From contig CM059432.1 of the NCBI GenBank assembly GCA_030390025.1, forward strand, positions 38,504,001 to 38,568,000: 64,000 nucleotides of DNA. The letters are read 5' to 3'. A program made the translations under genes and the position numbers. Under the pieces are notes generated by a model. That model did not search any database, was not told the DNA's origin, and saw only the letters and a list, made by a program, of their open reading frames with translations. Source of the DNA: Squalus acanthias. Its lineage: Eukaryota. Positions 1 to 12,377 of the stretch are shown here, in pieces (the stretch's first letter is position 1; each line of letters begins with the position of its first letter).

Positions 1-662
1 GCTCATGGTCTACAGAGCAGTAGTGATACCCGCCCTCCTGTATGCTTCAGAGACATGGACCATGTACAGCAGGCACCTCAAAGCACTGGAGAGGTACCAC
101 CAACGCTGCCTCCGCAAGTTCGTGCAAATCCATTGGCAGGATAGGCGCACCAACGTCAGTGTTCTCACTCAGGCCAACATCCCCAGCATCGAAGCTTTGA
201 CCACTCTCGATCAGCTCCGATGGACGGGCCACATCGTTCGCATGCCCGATATGAGACTCCCAAAACAAGCTATCTACTCGGAGCTCTGACACGGCAAGAG
301 AGCCCCAGGTGGGCAGAGGAAATACTTCAAGGACACCCTCAAAGCCTCCTTGAAAAAGTGCAACATCCCCACCGACACCTGGGAATCCCTGGCCCAGGAC
401 CGCACAAAGTGGAGGAGAAGCATTCGGGAAGGCGCCGAACACCTCGAGTCTCTTCGCCGGGAGCAAGTGGAAGCCAAGCGCAAACAGCGGAAGGAGCGCA
501 TGTCAACCCAAGCACCCCACCCACCCGCCCCTTCAACCAGCGTCTGCCCCACCTGTGACAGAGACTGTAGGTCTCGCATTGGACTCATCAGTCACCTGAG
601 AACTCATTTTTAGTGTGGAAGCAAGTCATCCTCGGTTCCGAGGGACTGCCTAAGAAGAAGAA
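1..662 (+). mobile_element. RTE-clade LINE, 3' end (ORF C-terminus with C2H2 finger), inactive
   Basis: ORFs 5..289 and 350..613 are one frame split by a TGA. Motifs QLRWTGHIVRM, GGQRKYFKDTLK and CPTCDRDCRSRIGLISHLRTH are present; the element ends in an (AAG)n tail at ~652-662. Confidence 0.9.
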
Positions 663-754
663 TGTGGTGACCAGAACTGCACACAGTACTCTAACGTCCC
701 AGTCCTTCCCTTAACTTGCAAGAACTTGCATTGCAAATTCTAAAAATGTACATA

Positions 755-2212
755 TGATTGGAAAATGGCAAATGTGATACCATTGTTCAAGAAAGGGTGT
801 AAGGACATTCCTAGTAACTATAGGCCGGTCAGTTTAACATCAGTGGTGGGTAAAGTTTTAGAAACAATAATCAATGAAAATATTAGAGAAGTTATGCTGA
901 ACCTTTATAAAGCGCTGGATAGGCCACAACTGGAGTATTGCGTCCAATTCTGGGCACCACACTTTAGGAAGGATGTGAAGGTCCTTGAGAGGGTGCAGAG
1001 GAGATTTACCAGAATGGTTCCGGGGATGGGGGATCTTAGTTACAAGGACAGGTTGGAGAAGCTGGATTTGTTTTCATTAGAGCAAAGGAGGTTTTGGGGT
1101 GATTTGATAGAGTTGTACAAGATTATGATGGGTTTGGATAGGCTAGACAGGGAAAGGCTGTTCCCACTCGTTGATGGTAAAAGGACTAGGGGACACAGAT
1201 TTAAGGTTTTGGGCAAGAGATACAGGGGGATGTGAGGAAAATCTTTTTTATGCAGCGAGTGGTGATGACCTGGAACTCACTGCCGACGGAAGTGGTGGAA
1301 GCGGAGACACTAAGGGCCAGAAATTCGGCTCTCCGGCTTCCCACGGGTGCAAGAATCGCACGCATACTTACATACAGCGCCTGCCGTTGTGCTTCGGGCC
1401 CACGTGGAATTCTGCTCCTGGGCCTCCTCCAGCTGCCGGTGTGCAGTGCTTGCGTATCCCAGGGGCGCAGTTAGTTCGAAGCGTCCCCTGGGATCACGTG
1501 GACCATGGAGAAGCAATCGGAGCAGGGAATCTTCATTCATAGATCGGCCCCAAAACCTCATTAACACTTCAAATAAATTTTTTTAAAAATCACATTTTTA
1601 AAATAACTATAAATTACATAAATTAACTACTTTAAACAAAAATTTTAATTTTTGAAAAAATTAATTACACTTTTTAATGGTGCTAAAAATAAACTTACCT
1701 TTCTTTAAAGTATGTAAAAAAGATAAACCTGTTGAAAAAATGTTTAAATTGTACTTAATTCACCACTTACCTTGTTAAAAGCAGGCCTTGCGCCTCCTTT
1801 TTCCCCGCGCAGCTTCTCCGTACGTACCCTCACGGAGAAACCTGAAAAAAAAAACGAAGTTCAAGGTCTACGAGCTGCCTCTCTGGCGCACGCATTCGAC
1901 CTCTGAACCCCTTCCTTCAGGGGAACGGAAGTTCCGGTTTCCAGCACATGCGCAGTGCATGCGCGAAACCGGCACTTTCGTTGGGTCTACGGGTGAGTAC
2001 ACAGCGCGTTCTCACCCGTGGAGACCCGAATTTCTGGCCCTGATCAATGTTTTCAAGGGGAGACTGGATAGGCACTTGAGGGAAATAAACTTGCAGGGCT
2101 ACGGTGATAGAGCAGGGGAATGGGACTGACTGGATTGCTCCACAGAGAACTGGCATGGACTCGATGGGCCGAATGGCCTCCTTCTGTGCCGTTATGACTC
2201 TATGACTATGAC
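755..2212 (+). mobile_element. CR1 LINE, 5'-truncated and internally deleted, split by a MITE
   Basis: [13 protein letters not shown] is fused directly to REVMLNLYKAL..LEYCVQFW (RT core deleted). The element resumes after 2043 and ends in a TATGAC(TC) repeat tail at ~2193-2212. Confidence 0.9.
1314..2040. mobile_element. Non-autonomous PIF/Harbinger-type MITE (727 bp)
   Basis: Perfect 15-bp TIR GGGCCAGAAATTCGG / CCGAATTTCTGGCCC, flanked by TAA / TGA; it interrupts the CR1, whose sequence continues on both sides. Confidence 0.85.
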
Positions 2213-3025
2213 ATCTAGCACATGCAAATATAAAATATGGTGAAAAATTCCAAAACGGTATCTAAGAGGTGAAGGTCCCAACAATAACCATCTGCATACA
2301 TTGTGGAAAACTTCCAGCATGCAACAAATCTCATTAAAAAGTCAAGGCACTTTCAGTAAGTTAGTGTTTTTTTACCCAAGGATTTCCTGTTCAGCAAATA
2401 CAAATTCTGTCAGCAGGCTGGTTAGATTAGTATGGTAGGGTCTGTGATCCCAAAATTCCTCAGCAGTTCCAAAGTCTCCTGCCATAACTCCAACAGAACG
2501 TCTCCAGAATACGATTGATATCCAGTGGCACCAGATCTCCACTGTTTCCAGGAATTTCTTGTTTGCTCTGTAAAGGGCATAGCTTCCATACACTCCTTAC
2601 AAGGGAAATTTTGGGAAGGGGTTGGAGCCAGGGTTGGTAACTCATTATGCCAGGAAGTTCCAGCTCTTTCGACTCAATCAGGACTTGGTACTTCTATGGA
2701 GACTGGTTCGTCCAGTGAGATAAGATCCACCAAGACAGATGTGGGCCCCACCATTGGGGTCAAGGCTAGTCAATTCACCTGGAACCCTGAAGAGAAGGAT
2801 TTAAATAAATAAACATTTTACAGATTGACCCTCTTGCCAACCTGGGTAATCCCCACCCACAGGCAGGTGGAGTTTCCAGCCGTCATAAGCAGGTGGGTGC
2901 CCAAAGTAGCATTTGCACATGCCTGTGCCATGTTAATGAGATGTCCTCCCACTGATTCCACAAACTCAAGTGGGTCAGCACTATAGGGCACCAGTGCGTA
3001 ACTGCCAAGATTGTGATACGTGATA

Positions 3026-3105
3026 CTCTGTGGGATAACTTCAGATTTCACTATGTTCTGTGGGTTATCTTCAGATTTCACTATGCTCTGTGGGATATTT
3101 TCAGT
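3026..3105. repeat. 30-bp tandem repeat, ~2.7 copies
   Basis: Units YTCTGTGGGWTAWCTTCAGATTTCACTATG at 3026 and 3056, partial at 3086. Confidence 0.85.
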
Positions 3106-3149
3106 GCCTACTACCTTTTGCAAATACTGCTCTGCTATTTTTTTTTAAT

Positions 3150-4172
3150 TTAATTTAATTTCTTTTTGATGGGATGTGGGTGTCGCTGGCAAGGCCAGCA
3201 TTTATTGCCCATCCCTAATTGCCCTTGAGAAGGTGGTGGTGAGCTGCCTTCTTGAACCGCTACAGTCCGTGTGGTGATGATACTCCCACAGTGCTGTTAG
3301 GTAGGGAGATCCAGGATTTTGACCCAGCAACGATGAAGGATTGGCGATATATTTCTAAGTCAGGATGGTGTGTGACTTGGAGGGGAACTTGGAGTTGGTG
3401 GTGTTCCCATGCGCCTGCTGCCCTTGTCCTTCTAGGTGGAAGAGGTCACGGGTTTGGGAGGTGCTGTCGAAGAAGCCTTGGCGAGTTGCTGCAGTGCATT
3501 TTGTAGATGGTACACACTGCAGTCACAGTACGCCGGTGGTGGAGGGAGTGAATGTTTAAGGTGGTGGATGGCCAATCAAGCGGGCTGCTTTGTCCTGGAT
3601 GGTGTTGAGTTTTTTAGTGTTGTTGGAGCTGCACTCATCCAGGCAAGTGGAGAGTATCCCATCACACTCCTGACTTGTGCCTTGTAGATGGTGGAAAGGC
3701 TTTGGGGAGTCAGGAGGTGAGACACTCGCCGCAGAATACCTGCTCTTGTTGCCACAGTATTTATGTGGCTTGTCCAGTTAAATTTCTGGACCCCTAGGAT
3801 GTTGATGGAGAGGGATTCCGCGATAGTAATGCCGTTGAATGTCAAGGGGCGGTGGTTAGACTCTCGCTTGTTGGCGATAGTCATTGCCTGGCACTTCTGT
3901 GGCGCGAATGTTACCTGCCACTTATCAGCCCAAGCCTGAACGTCGTCCAGGTCTTGTTGCATGCGGGCATGGATTGCTTCATTATCTGAGGAGTTGTGAA
4001 TGGCACTGAACACTGTGCAGTCATCAGCGAACATCCCCATTTCTGACCTTATGTTGGAGGGAAGGTCATTGATGAAGCAGCTGAAGATGGTTGGGCCTAG
4101 GACACTGCCCTGAGGAACTCCTGCACTGATGTCCTGGGGCTGTGATGATTGACCTTCAACCACCACAGACAT
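3150..4172 (-). mobile_element. CR1/L2-group LINE ('family B'), 5'-truncated RT + 3'UTR
   Basis: ORF 3576..4172 has [10 protein letters not shown] and MFADD; 3' end GGGCAATAAATGCTGGCCTTGCCAGCGAC..CACATCCCA followed by an A-rich tail. Confidence 0.85.
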
Positions 4173-4642
4173 GTGTACGGCTTAGAGCCAACAAAGAACT
4201 GTTGTAGATGTTCTTCATTATCCTAAACTGAAATTTAATTGTTATATGGTATCAAGGAGTTGGATAAGCAGTTGACTGATTACTTTGGGGAAGATTATCC
4301 AGAACCAAACATTACTGATGCTCAAAGGCTAGAACACAGAGTACAATATCAAAACCAAGTGTCCTTGGCAGACTTTAATTTGGCACATTGACACATTTTA
4401 CAAATAAAAGGCTAAAGACAGAAGCACGCTGAGTGCTTTGCATTCTGAGGTTTAAAAGCAATTTTCTAGCAAAATGATAGCTATGGAAGAATCCATTACA
4501 TATTTTCTAACCAGTGTAAAGTTATTATCAGTTTACTGCCACAATGTAATAATTCTTTCAAATTGTTTACAGGCCTCTGTTCTGCAATGATTAAATATTA
4601 TGGTTTAAAACATTTTCTAATGTATGACTCTTAAAATAAAAT

Positions 4643-5348
4643 AACAACAACTTGCATTTATATTGCACTTTTAAGATAGAAAAATATCCAAGGCGCTTCA
4701 CTGAAGTGTTATCAGACAAAAATCAATGCTCGGCCAAAGAAGCAAATGTTAGGAGAGGTAACCAAAGGTTGGTCAAAGAGGCAGACTTTAAAGAGGGTAT
4801 TTAATGAGGACAGAAGGTGGAGAGGCATAGATGTATAGGGAGGGAATTCAAAAGTGTAGGGCCTAGATGGCTGAAGGCACGGCTGCCAAAGGTGAAGTGA
4901 AGAGACTGGAAGATTGTCAGGCCAGAGTTAGAGGAATACAGAGTTTTTCGGAGAGTTGTACAGTCAGAGAAGGTTACAGAGATGGGGAGGAGTGAGGCCA
5001 TGAAGAGATTTAAACATGAAGATGAGAATTTTAAATTTGAGACATGGTGGGGGTGGTCAGGAGTTAATGCCGGTCAGTGAACACATGGGCAACGGGTGAG
5101 TGGGACTTGGTGCGGGATAGAATACAGGGCAGCAGAATTTTGGATGAGCTGAATTCTATGGAGGCTGGAGAATGCGAGACCAGCCAGAAGAGCATTGGAA
5201 TAGTTGAATCTGGAGGTGACAAAGGCATGGATGAGGGATTCAACAGCAAGTGGGCAGACGTAGGGGTAAAGGCAGGTGATGTTACCGAGGTGAAATTGGC
5301 GATCTTTGTGGTGGAGAGTATATGGGATCAGAAGCTCAGCTTGGGACC
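4643..5348 (-). mobile_element. L2 LINE 3' part, degraded
   Basis: LIHAFVTSRFNYSNALLAGL motif; tail ATATAAATGCAAGTTGTTGT (on -) at ~4643-4662. Confidence 0.85.
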
Positions 5349-5556
5349 TTGGATGAACAGAAATTTCCTCCAATTAAATCTTGGGAAGACCGAAGTCATT
5401 GGCTGCGATTTTGCCGGCGCTCAGAGGGCGGGTTCGGAGGCGGGTCAGGTGTTAAAGTCACAATGATTGACAGCGGGTTGGAAACCCGCCGTGAACCCGC
5501 CTCCGTGTGAGTTTCAAGAGTGTCGGGTCTGCAATTTCACAACAGACCCAACACCA

Positions 5557-7927
5557 GTCATAGAGTCATAGGGGGTGATTCTGCCAATGGGGGCGCGTTG
5601 GAGGCGGGATTGCTGCTTGTCGAGTTTTAGACCCGCCTCCATCGACTTGTGGCCAACCCACGCTATTTTCCCTTGATTGACCTTGTTAGGCCCGCCCAGT
5701 GGGCTTAGCAGGCCAATTAAGGGGAAGCCGGTTACAGAGAACGTCAGCGTATGACGTTTCATCTGTCAAAAATTTTGAGAAGCTGTCAAACACTGACATT
5801 CTCTGTTGTTTGGTGATTTCTTGTACACTAGGCTCACCAAACCTCTTTTGTGAGCAGAAAGCAGATGGCTGCTGCATCGGAGAATGCAGCAGCCATTCTG
5901 TCATCTCTGCCGTGGAGATGCCGGAGCCTTCGCATCCCCAACGATTGAAGCCTGCAGGAAGAAACAAAGGTAAGGAAACTTTTTCTATCACCTTCCACTC
6001 ACCTCACATACTTACCTCTCCACACTTGCACCCATTACTTACCTCCACAGCACACTTTTGGACCCCTCTGACCCCCGCAGGCCCACTGCTCACCTCGGTA
6101 ACCCTGGCGGGGTTTCCCAACATTGGGAAGCCCGCACCTATGATGGAAAAATGGGGATAATCCTCTTAACTGTCTGTTAACAATGTTAACAGGCAGTTAA
6201 GTGGCTGTAACCCCCTTCCCGCCTCCAGGAGACGGGACCCGGCACGGGTCGGGTACCTGCCTCCTGGGAAGGTGGCACGGAGGTGGGTTGGGGGCGGGAT
6301 GGGTACCCGCCCCCAGATTCTGCCATTTTCCAGGCAGTCCCGCCTCCCCAGGGCTGGCAAAATCGCCCAGAGTCATAACGGCACAGAAGGAGGCCATTCG
6401 GCCTATCGAGTCTGTGCCGGCTCTCTGTAGAGCAATCCAGTCAGTCCCATTCCCCCGCTCTATCCGAGTAGCCCTGCAAGTTTATTTCCCTCAAGTGCCT
6501 ATCCAGTCTCCCCTTAAAACATTGAGTGTCTCCGCTTCCACCACTTCCGTCGGCAGCGAGTTCCAGGTCCTCACCACTCGTTGCATAAAAAAGTTTTTCC
6601 TCACATCCCCCCTGTATTTCTTGCCCAAAACCTTAAATCTGTGTCCCCTAGTCCTTGTACCATCAACTATTGGGAACAGCCTTTCCCCGTCTAGCCTATC
6701 CAAACGTGTCATAATCTTGTACAACTAATCACCCCTCAACCTCCTTTGCTCGAATGAAAACAAATCCAGCTTCTCCAACCTGTCCTTGTAGCTAAGATCC
6801 CCCATCCCCGGAACCATTCTGGTAAATCTCCTCTGCACCCTCTCAAGGGCTTTCATATTATTCCTAAAGTGTGGTGACCAGAACTGAACGCAATACTGCA
6901 GTTGTGGCCTAACCAGCGCTTTATAATGGTTCAGCATAACTTCTCTACTTTTGTACTCAATGCCTCTATTTATGAAGCCCAAGATCCCATATGCTTTGCT
7001 AACCACTCTCTCAATATGTCCTGCCACCTTCAGGGACCTATGCACATTAACTCCCAGGTCCCTCTGTCCCTGCACACTCTTTAAAACTGTGCCATTAAGT
7101 GCATATTGCCTCTCCCTGTTCCTTCTGCCAAAATGCATCACCTCACACTTCTCTGTATTAAATTCCATCTGCCACTTGTCTGCCCATTCTGCTAGCCTTT
7201 CTATGTCCTGTTGCAGTCGATTGGTATCATCCTCACTGTTTGCCACACCCCCAAGTTTGGTGTCATCGGCAAATTTAGAAATTCTACTCTGTATTCCAAT
7301 ATCCAGGTCATTTATATATATCAAAAAAGCAGTGGCCCCAGCATTGACCCTTGGGGAACACCACTGTCTACCATCCTCCAGTCTGAAAAACAGCCATTTA
7401 CCACAACTCACTGTTTTCTGTCCTTAAGCCAATTCCTTATCCAAGCTGCCACTGAACCACCTATTCCATGAGCCTCAATTTTGTTAACCAGCCTTCTATA
7501 TGGTACTTTGTCAAACGCCTTCCAAAAATCCATGTAGACAACATCCATTGCATTCCCATCATCAATCCTCCCTGTTACTTCATCAAAAAATTCAATTAGA
7601 TTAGTCAAACACGATCTGCATTTTACAACTCCGTGTTGGCTCTCCTTAATTCGCTTAAACCTCTCCAAGTGCCCGTTAATTTTTTCCTTGATTATTGTTT
7701 CTAAAACTTTACCCACCATTGATGTTAAACTGACCAGCCTGTAGTTACTAGGATTGTCCTTACACCCTTTCTTGAACAATGGTGTCACATTTGCCACTTT
7801 CCAATCCTTAGGCACTTCCTCCGCATCTAGCGAAGATTGGAAAATTATGGCAAGCCCTTCTGCTATCTCCTCCCCCAATTCCCTTAGCAACCTGGGATGC
7901 AAGCCATCTGGACCAGGCGACTTATCC
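5557..7927 (-). mobile_element. CR1 LINE, 5'-truncated (RT region), frameshifted; tail split by a MITE
   Basis: ORFs 7408..7986, 6725..7411 and 6491..6724 ([25 protein letters not shown]); GTCATAGA tail repeats at 5557-5570 and 6369-6378. Confidence 0.9.
5572..6368. mobile_element. Harbinger-type MITE inserted in a CR1 tail
   Basis: Imperfect TIR GGGTGATTCTGCCA / TGGCAAAATCGCCC; CR1 tail repeats on both sides. Confidence 0.7.
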
Positions 7928-8060
7928 ACCACCATCAATATCCTGGGGGTCACCACAGACCAGAAACTTAACTGGACCAGCCACATAAATACTGTAGCAA
8001 CAAGAGCAGGTCAGAGGCTGGGTATTCTGCGGCAAGTGTCTCACCTCCTGACTCCCCAAG
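7928..8060 (+). mobile_element. ~130-bp fragment of LINE family B abutting the CR1 5' end
   Basis: TINILGVTTDQKLNWTSHINTVATRAGQRLGILRQVSHLLTPQ matches the ORF at 3576..4172. Confidence 0.8.
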
Positions 8061-8163
8061 CGGCGGGTAAGGGATTTAAGGCACTTAACTCCTTGTTAAG
8101 TGCTTGTTAACTGCTAGTTTGACAGTCTTTTCCAATTTTCCAATATTTTAATCGGGTTTCACG

Positions 8164-9892
8164 ATGTTCGGAAATCACGGCACAAAAAACCTCCCTGGGA
8201 TATCGGGAAAAATAGGGACATTTGCAAAGGAGGAACTGACGCAAATCAATATCTCTAAGGATATGGTGTTAAGGAAGCTAAAGGGATTGAAGGCGGACAA
8301 ATCCCCAGGGCCTGATAACATGCATCCTAGGGTGCTGAAGGAGGTGGCCCTAGAGATAGCGGATGCACTAAGTATGATTTTTCAGAATTCATTAGACTCG
8401 GGAACAGTGCCCATGGATTGGAGGGTAGCTAACGTTACCCCACTATTCAAAAAGGGGGGTAGGGAAAAAGCAGGTAATTACAGACCTGTAAGCCTTACAT
8501 CAGTTGTGGGCAAAATGCTGGAGTCCATCATTAAGGATGAAATAGCGGAGCACTTAGCAAATGGGGACAGGATAGGACAGAGTCAACATGGATTTACAAA
8601 GGGTAAATCGTGCTTGACTAATCTATTGGAATTTTTTGAGGGAGTAACTGGTAAAATAGATGGGGGAGAGCCAGTAGATGTGGTGTACCTGGACTTCCAA
8701 AAGGCCTTCGATAAGGTCCCACATAAAAGATTAGCAGGGAAAATTGAAGCTCATGGGATAAAGGGGAAAGTATTGACGTGGATAGAGAACTGGCTGTCAG
8801 ATAGAAAACAGAGAGTTGGAATAAACGGCTCATTTTCTGAATGGCAGGCAGTAACAAGTGGGGTACCACAGGGATCTGTCCTGGGTCCCCAGCTGTTCAC
8901 AATTTACATTAATGACCTGGATCAGGGAGTCGGATGCAACATTTCCAAATTTGCAGACGACACTAAACTAGGAGGGGGGGGTGGGCTCAGAGGAGGAGAC
9001 CAGGAAGCTCCAGAGCGATTTGGACAGACTGGGTGATTGGGCGGATAAATGGCAGATGCACTATAATGTGGACAAGTGCGAAGTTATCCACCTTGAGTGC
9101 AGGAACGGGAGGGCAAATTATTATTTAAATGGCAATAAATTGGGAGAGGGGGAAGTACAGAGAGACCTGGGTGTTCTTGTACACCAGTCACTGAAGGCGA
9201 GCATGCAGGTGCAACAGGCAGTCAAGAAGGCAAACGGTATGCTGGCCTTCATAGCAAAAGGGTTGGAATACAGGAACAGGGATACCTTGCTGCAGCTGTA
9301 CAGGGCACTGGTGAGACCACACCTCGAGTACTGTGTACAGTTTTGGTCGCCTCATCTGAGGAAAGATGTTCTTGCCATGGAGGGGGTGCAGCGGCGATTC
9401 ACCAGGCTGATACCAGGAATGGCGGGATTGACCTATGAGGAGAGACTATGTAGTTTAGGGATGTACACACTGGAGTTTAGAAGATTGAGAGGGGACCTCA
9501 TAGAAGTGTATAAAATTCTGACAGGTCTAGACAGGCTAGATGCAGAAGGAATGTTTCCCTTGGCGGGTGAGAACAGAACTAGAGGACATAATTTAAGGAT
9601 AAGGGCTAAACCATTTAGGACAGAAATGAGGGGGAATTTCTTCACTCAGAGGGTGGTGAACCTGTGGAACTCATTGCCACAGAGGGCAGTGTACGCCAGC
9701 TCATTAAATATATTTAAGAGGGAATTAGATATATTTCTACAGGCAAAAGGGGTTAAGGGTTACGGAGAGAAGGCGGGGACGGGATACTGAATTGGAGGAT
9801 CAGCCATGATCTCATTAAATGGCGGAGCAGGCTCGAAGGGCCGGATGGCCTACTCCTGCTCCTATCTTCTATGTATCTATGTATCTATGTAA
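8164..9892 (+). mobile_element. CR1 LINE, 5'-truncated, one frameshift in a G-run (~8975-8981)
   Basis: ORFs 8164..9036 and 8981..9790 give a continuous RT + C-terminus; 3'UTR hairpin GGAGCAGG..CCTGCTCC and (TATGTATC)n tail. Confidence 0.92.
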
Positions 9893-10249
9893 GTGTATCG
9901 GGAGGACCAACAAGCTGGAAACTTCACAGCTGCAACTGCAGTCTAAAAGCTGCACTCTCACATCTGCTCAATTTCAAATGTCAGAGGTTGCTGATTTAAT
10001 GATTTGAGAGACACATTCTGTCTTGAGGCTGTAAGTGTCTGGTGTTAACTCTATATCCACTGTCACCTGCATTGCTGGACATAAAAGGCGCCCTCACCCT
10101 TCACTGTGCCAACTCAAATTGAGAGCACACAAATGGCAACGATGTCAAACGTTCATACAACATTAATTTATTCCAAAATAATAAAAGAACAGAAACTTAA
10201 CATTGAATTCTATCAGAATACCCAAGTGATTACCCTTGTGATTATTTAT

Positions 10250-11918
10250 ATGTCAGCTTTCTCTTACACGTGCTTCTACGTGGTGCTACCCCTGTGGCTT
10301 CAGCAGATGTAGAGACAGCCTGCTCACTTCCCTGCTGCGGCTGCTTAGACACCCTTGGCAGTCGTCCTCTGGGTTTTGGACCCTGTGAAGGCTCCGCCAA
10401 AGTCTGCTCCTCCTGCGGCTGCACAGGGGCAGACTCGGCCATCACTGCTCAGGCAGTCATCTGGGGCTCTGACCGAGGGGTTGGCAAGGGGATGCAAGTA
10501 TGAGCGCTTGGAAAGGAGCCCCCACTTGCATGTCGCCTTCCACCATCATCCCTCTCATGCGCCACCCGCACCGCTCTGCTAGCAAATAGCTGGAGAGCAC
10601 TTTGCTGCACATAAGTGGGGCCATGAGGATCCGTCTCTGTGCTGACAGTCCTCATAACAGGGACGTCAATGGACCTCTGGTTCCTCTCCATGATAGATGC
10701 CCATCTATCCTCCATAGCTAACCATCAATTTAGAAGAGTCACCATGTCCGTTTGAGTCTGGCGATTTATGTCCTCCATGGAGGTTGCCATCCTTTCCATG
10801 GCGGGACCTACATTCACCATTGAGTGTACCACGGCATTGCTCATGTTTGAGATGGACTCCTCCATTCTCTGCACACTTGCAGTCACTGTGGTTGCAAACC
10901 CAGTCAGAGCCTCCTGCACTTGTTCCTGAAACTTCAACACTGCTCTCTTTCTGGATGGCTCCCGAGGCTCAGTGTCTACATGCAGCTGAGCAGATCTAGG
11001 AGCATCCTGCGACCTCCGACGAGGACTCTCCACTGCTGTCCCTGTCTCCACCATCTGCTCTTGCTCACTCGTCTATTGGGATACACCAGGTGACAACACT
11101 AATCTATGTTGCAACGACCCACCGAGGTGTGCGTCTCTGCGCTGGTGCTGGGTCGCTCATTTCTGCTGATGCTGCACCCTCAGAGGCTGGAGGATCCTCT
11201 GAGGAGTCCTCCTGCTCTTCCTCCTGGACAGTAGGGAGGGGGGCTCTTGATGGTCCTGTGGGAGAGTAGACATGAGTTAGACATGTGATATGTAGATTGC
11301 AGACACTCTCCCTCTTATTGTGGCCTCTCTTTTACTGCAATGAGGGAAAGAAGTGGAGTTTCAGTGAGAGTGATGGAATGCGTGTAAAGAATGGATACGA
11401 TAGATGTTTAGAGGGAGACTGTGAAGGAGTGGGTTCTCATTACGAAGTTCCCTCCTTTTGAGTTGTTAGTTGTTGTCAGTGCATAACCTTGAGGGTGGGT
11501 GTGAGGGGTGCATAGTAAGATGGGGAAGTGATTCTGTACATAGGGAGAGAGGGATGGGGGATGGTGCAAGGGATGTTGGGTTGAGTTAGGATGTGCAGGA
11601 GTAGGGTTACCAATGCTGAGTGATGGGGACGTGATGACAGGCACAGCAGAATTAAGGTAAGTGTGCTTTCATACTCACTTTTCCAGAGCGCAGGAGATCA
11701 TTGAACCTTTTCCTGCATTGGACCCAGGTGCGTCTGTACATGGACCTGGCACTGACCTCCTCAGCTATTCGCAGCCAGGATGCCTTTGTCTGCTGAGGAG
11801 GTTTACTTCTTCCATCACCTGGGTATAGGACCTCCCGACGTCCTCTGACTCCCTCCACAAGAACATGGAGGGAGTCTTCACTGAAGTGGGGAGCTGCCTT
11901 TTGTTTCTCTGCAGACAT
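10250..11918 (-). pseudogene. Harbinger Myb/SANT-like (MSANTD/NAIF1-type) DNA-binding protein gene, spliced, inactivated
   Basis: Exon 1 11918-11679 (240 nt, APHFSEDSLHVLVEGV..W..IAEEV..RTWVQCRKRFNDL) followed by GTGAGT. Exon 2 after ..CATTGCAG starts with TAA (probably GAA). Exon 3 acceptor lies near 11256, with a coiled-coil-like ORF at 10725..11054; AATAAA on - near 10166-10171. Confidence 0.8.
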
Positions 11919-12377
11919 CGTGGAGAGCAGCAGCAGTCAGAAGCTCCAGAAACGACCTGAGATCTAATTGTGAAATGGCCCCCTTAACTACACCGGCTGC
12001 AAACACATCAGCATATCAGCTGAACAGACCCACACCTTGTGATCAGGGCGGATAACCCACACGGCGGGCTTAACGAGCCCAATTAACCAAAGATTGTGTC
12101 AGCAGGCCGGCTGGAGCTGGCAGCGGGACCGGAACCGCTGAATAACGTTCCTGACGCCAACCCGCCTCCAAGCAGAAAATCGCGGCCATTGTTCCTTGCC
12201 ACAAACTCCGTTCCCTGGCCATCGACTCCATCCCTCTCCCTGGCCGCTGTCTAAGGCTGAACCAGACCGTTCGCCACCTTAGCATCCTATTTGACGCTAA
12301 GCTGAGCTTCCAACCCCATATATTCTCCAGAATACTGCCTTTACTAAAAAAATACCTTTACTGCCAGACACTAATGA

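Larger units (their letters stand above)
5401..12187 (-). mobile_element. PIF/Harbinger derivative carrying only the Myb/SANT gene, with nested CR1s and a MITE
   Basis: TIR GGCTGCGATTTT / AAAATCGCGGCC, ATT TSD (5398-5400, 12188-12190); spliced Myb-like gene on -; no transposase detected. Confidence 0.8.
5349..12340 (+). mobile_element. Short inverted L2 segment (5349-5400 + 12188-12340) split by a Harbinger insertion
   Basis: WMNRNFLQLNLGKTEVI ends at 5400; the L2 resumes at 12188 (..CCACAAACTCCGTTCCCT..GACTCCATCCCTCTCCC..), matching the L2 at ~50280-50330. Confidence 0.75.

Noticed and set aside
3026..3105. 30-bp repeats as a CRISPR array
   Set aside because: The repeats are directly tandem with no spacers, there are no cas genes, and the context is eukaryotic.
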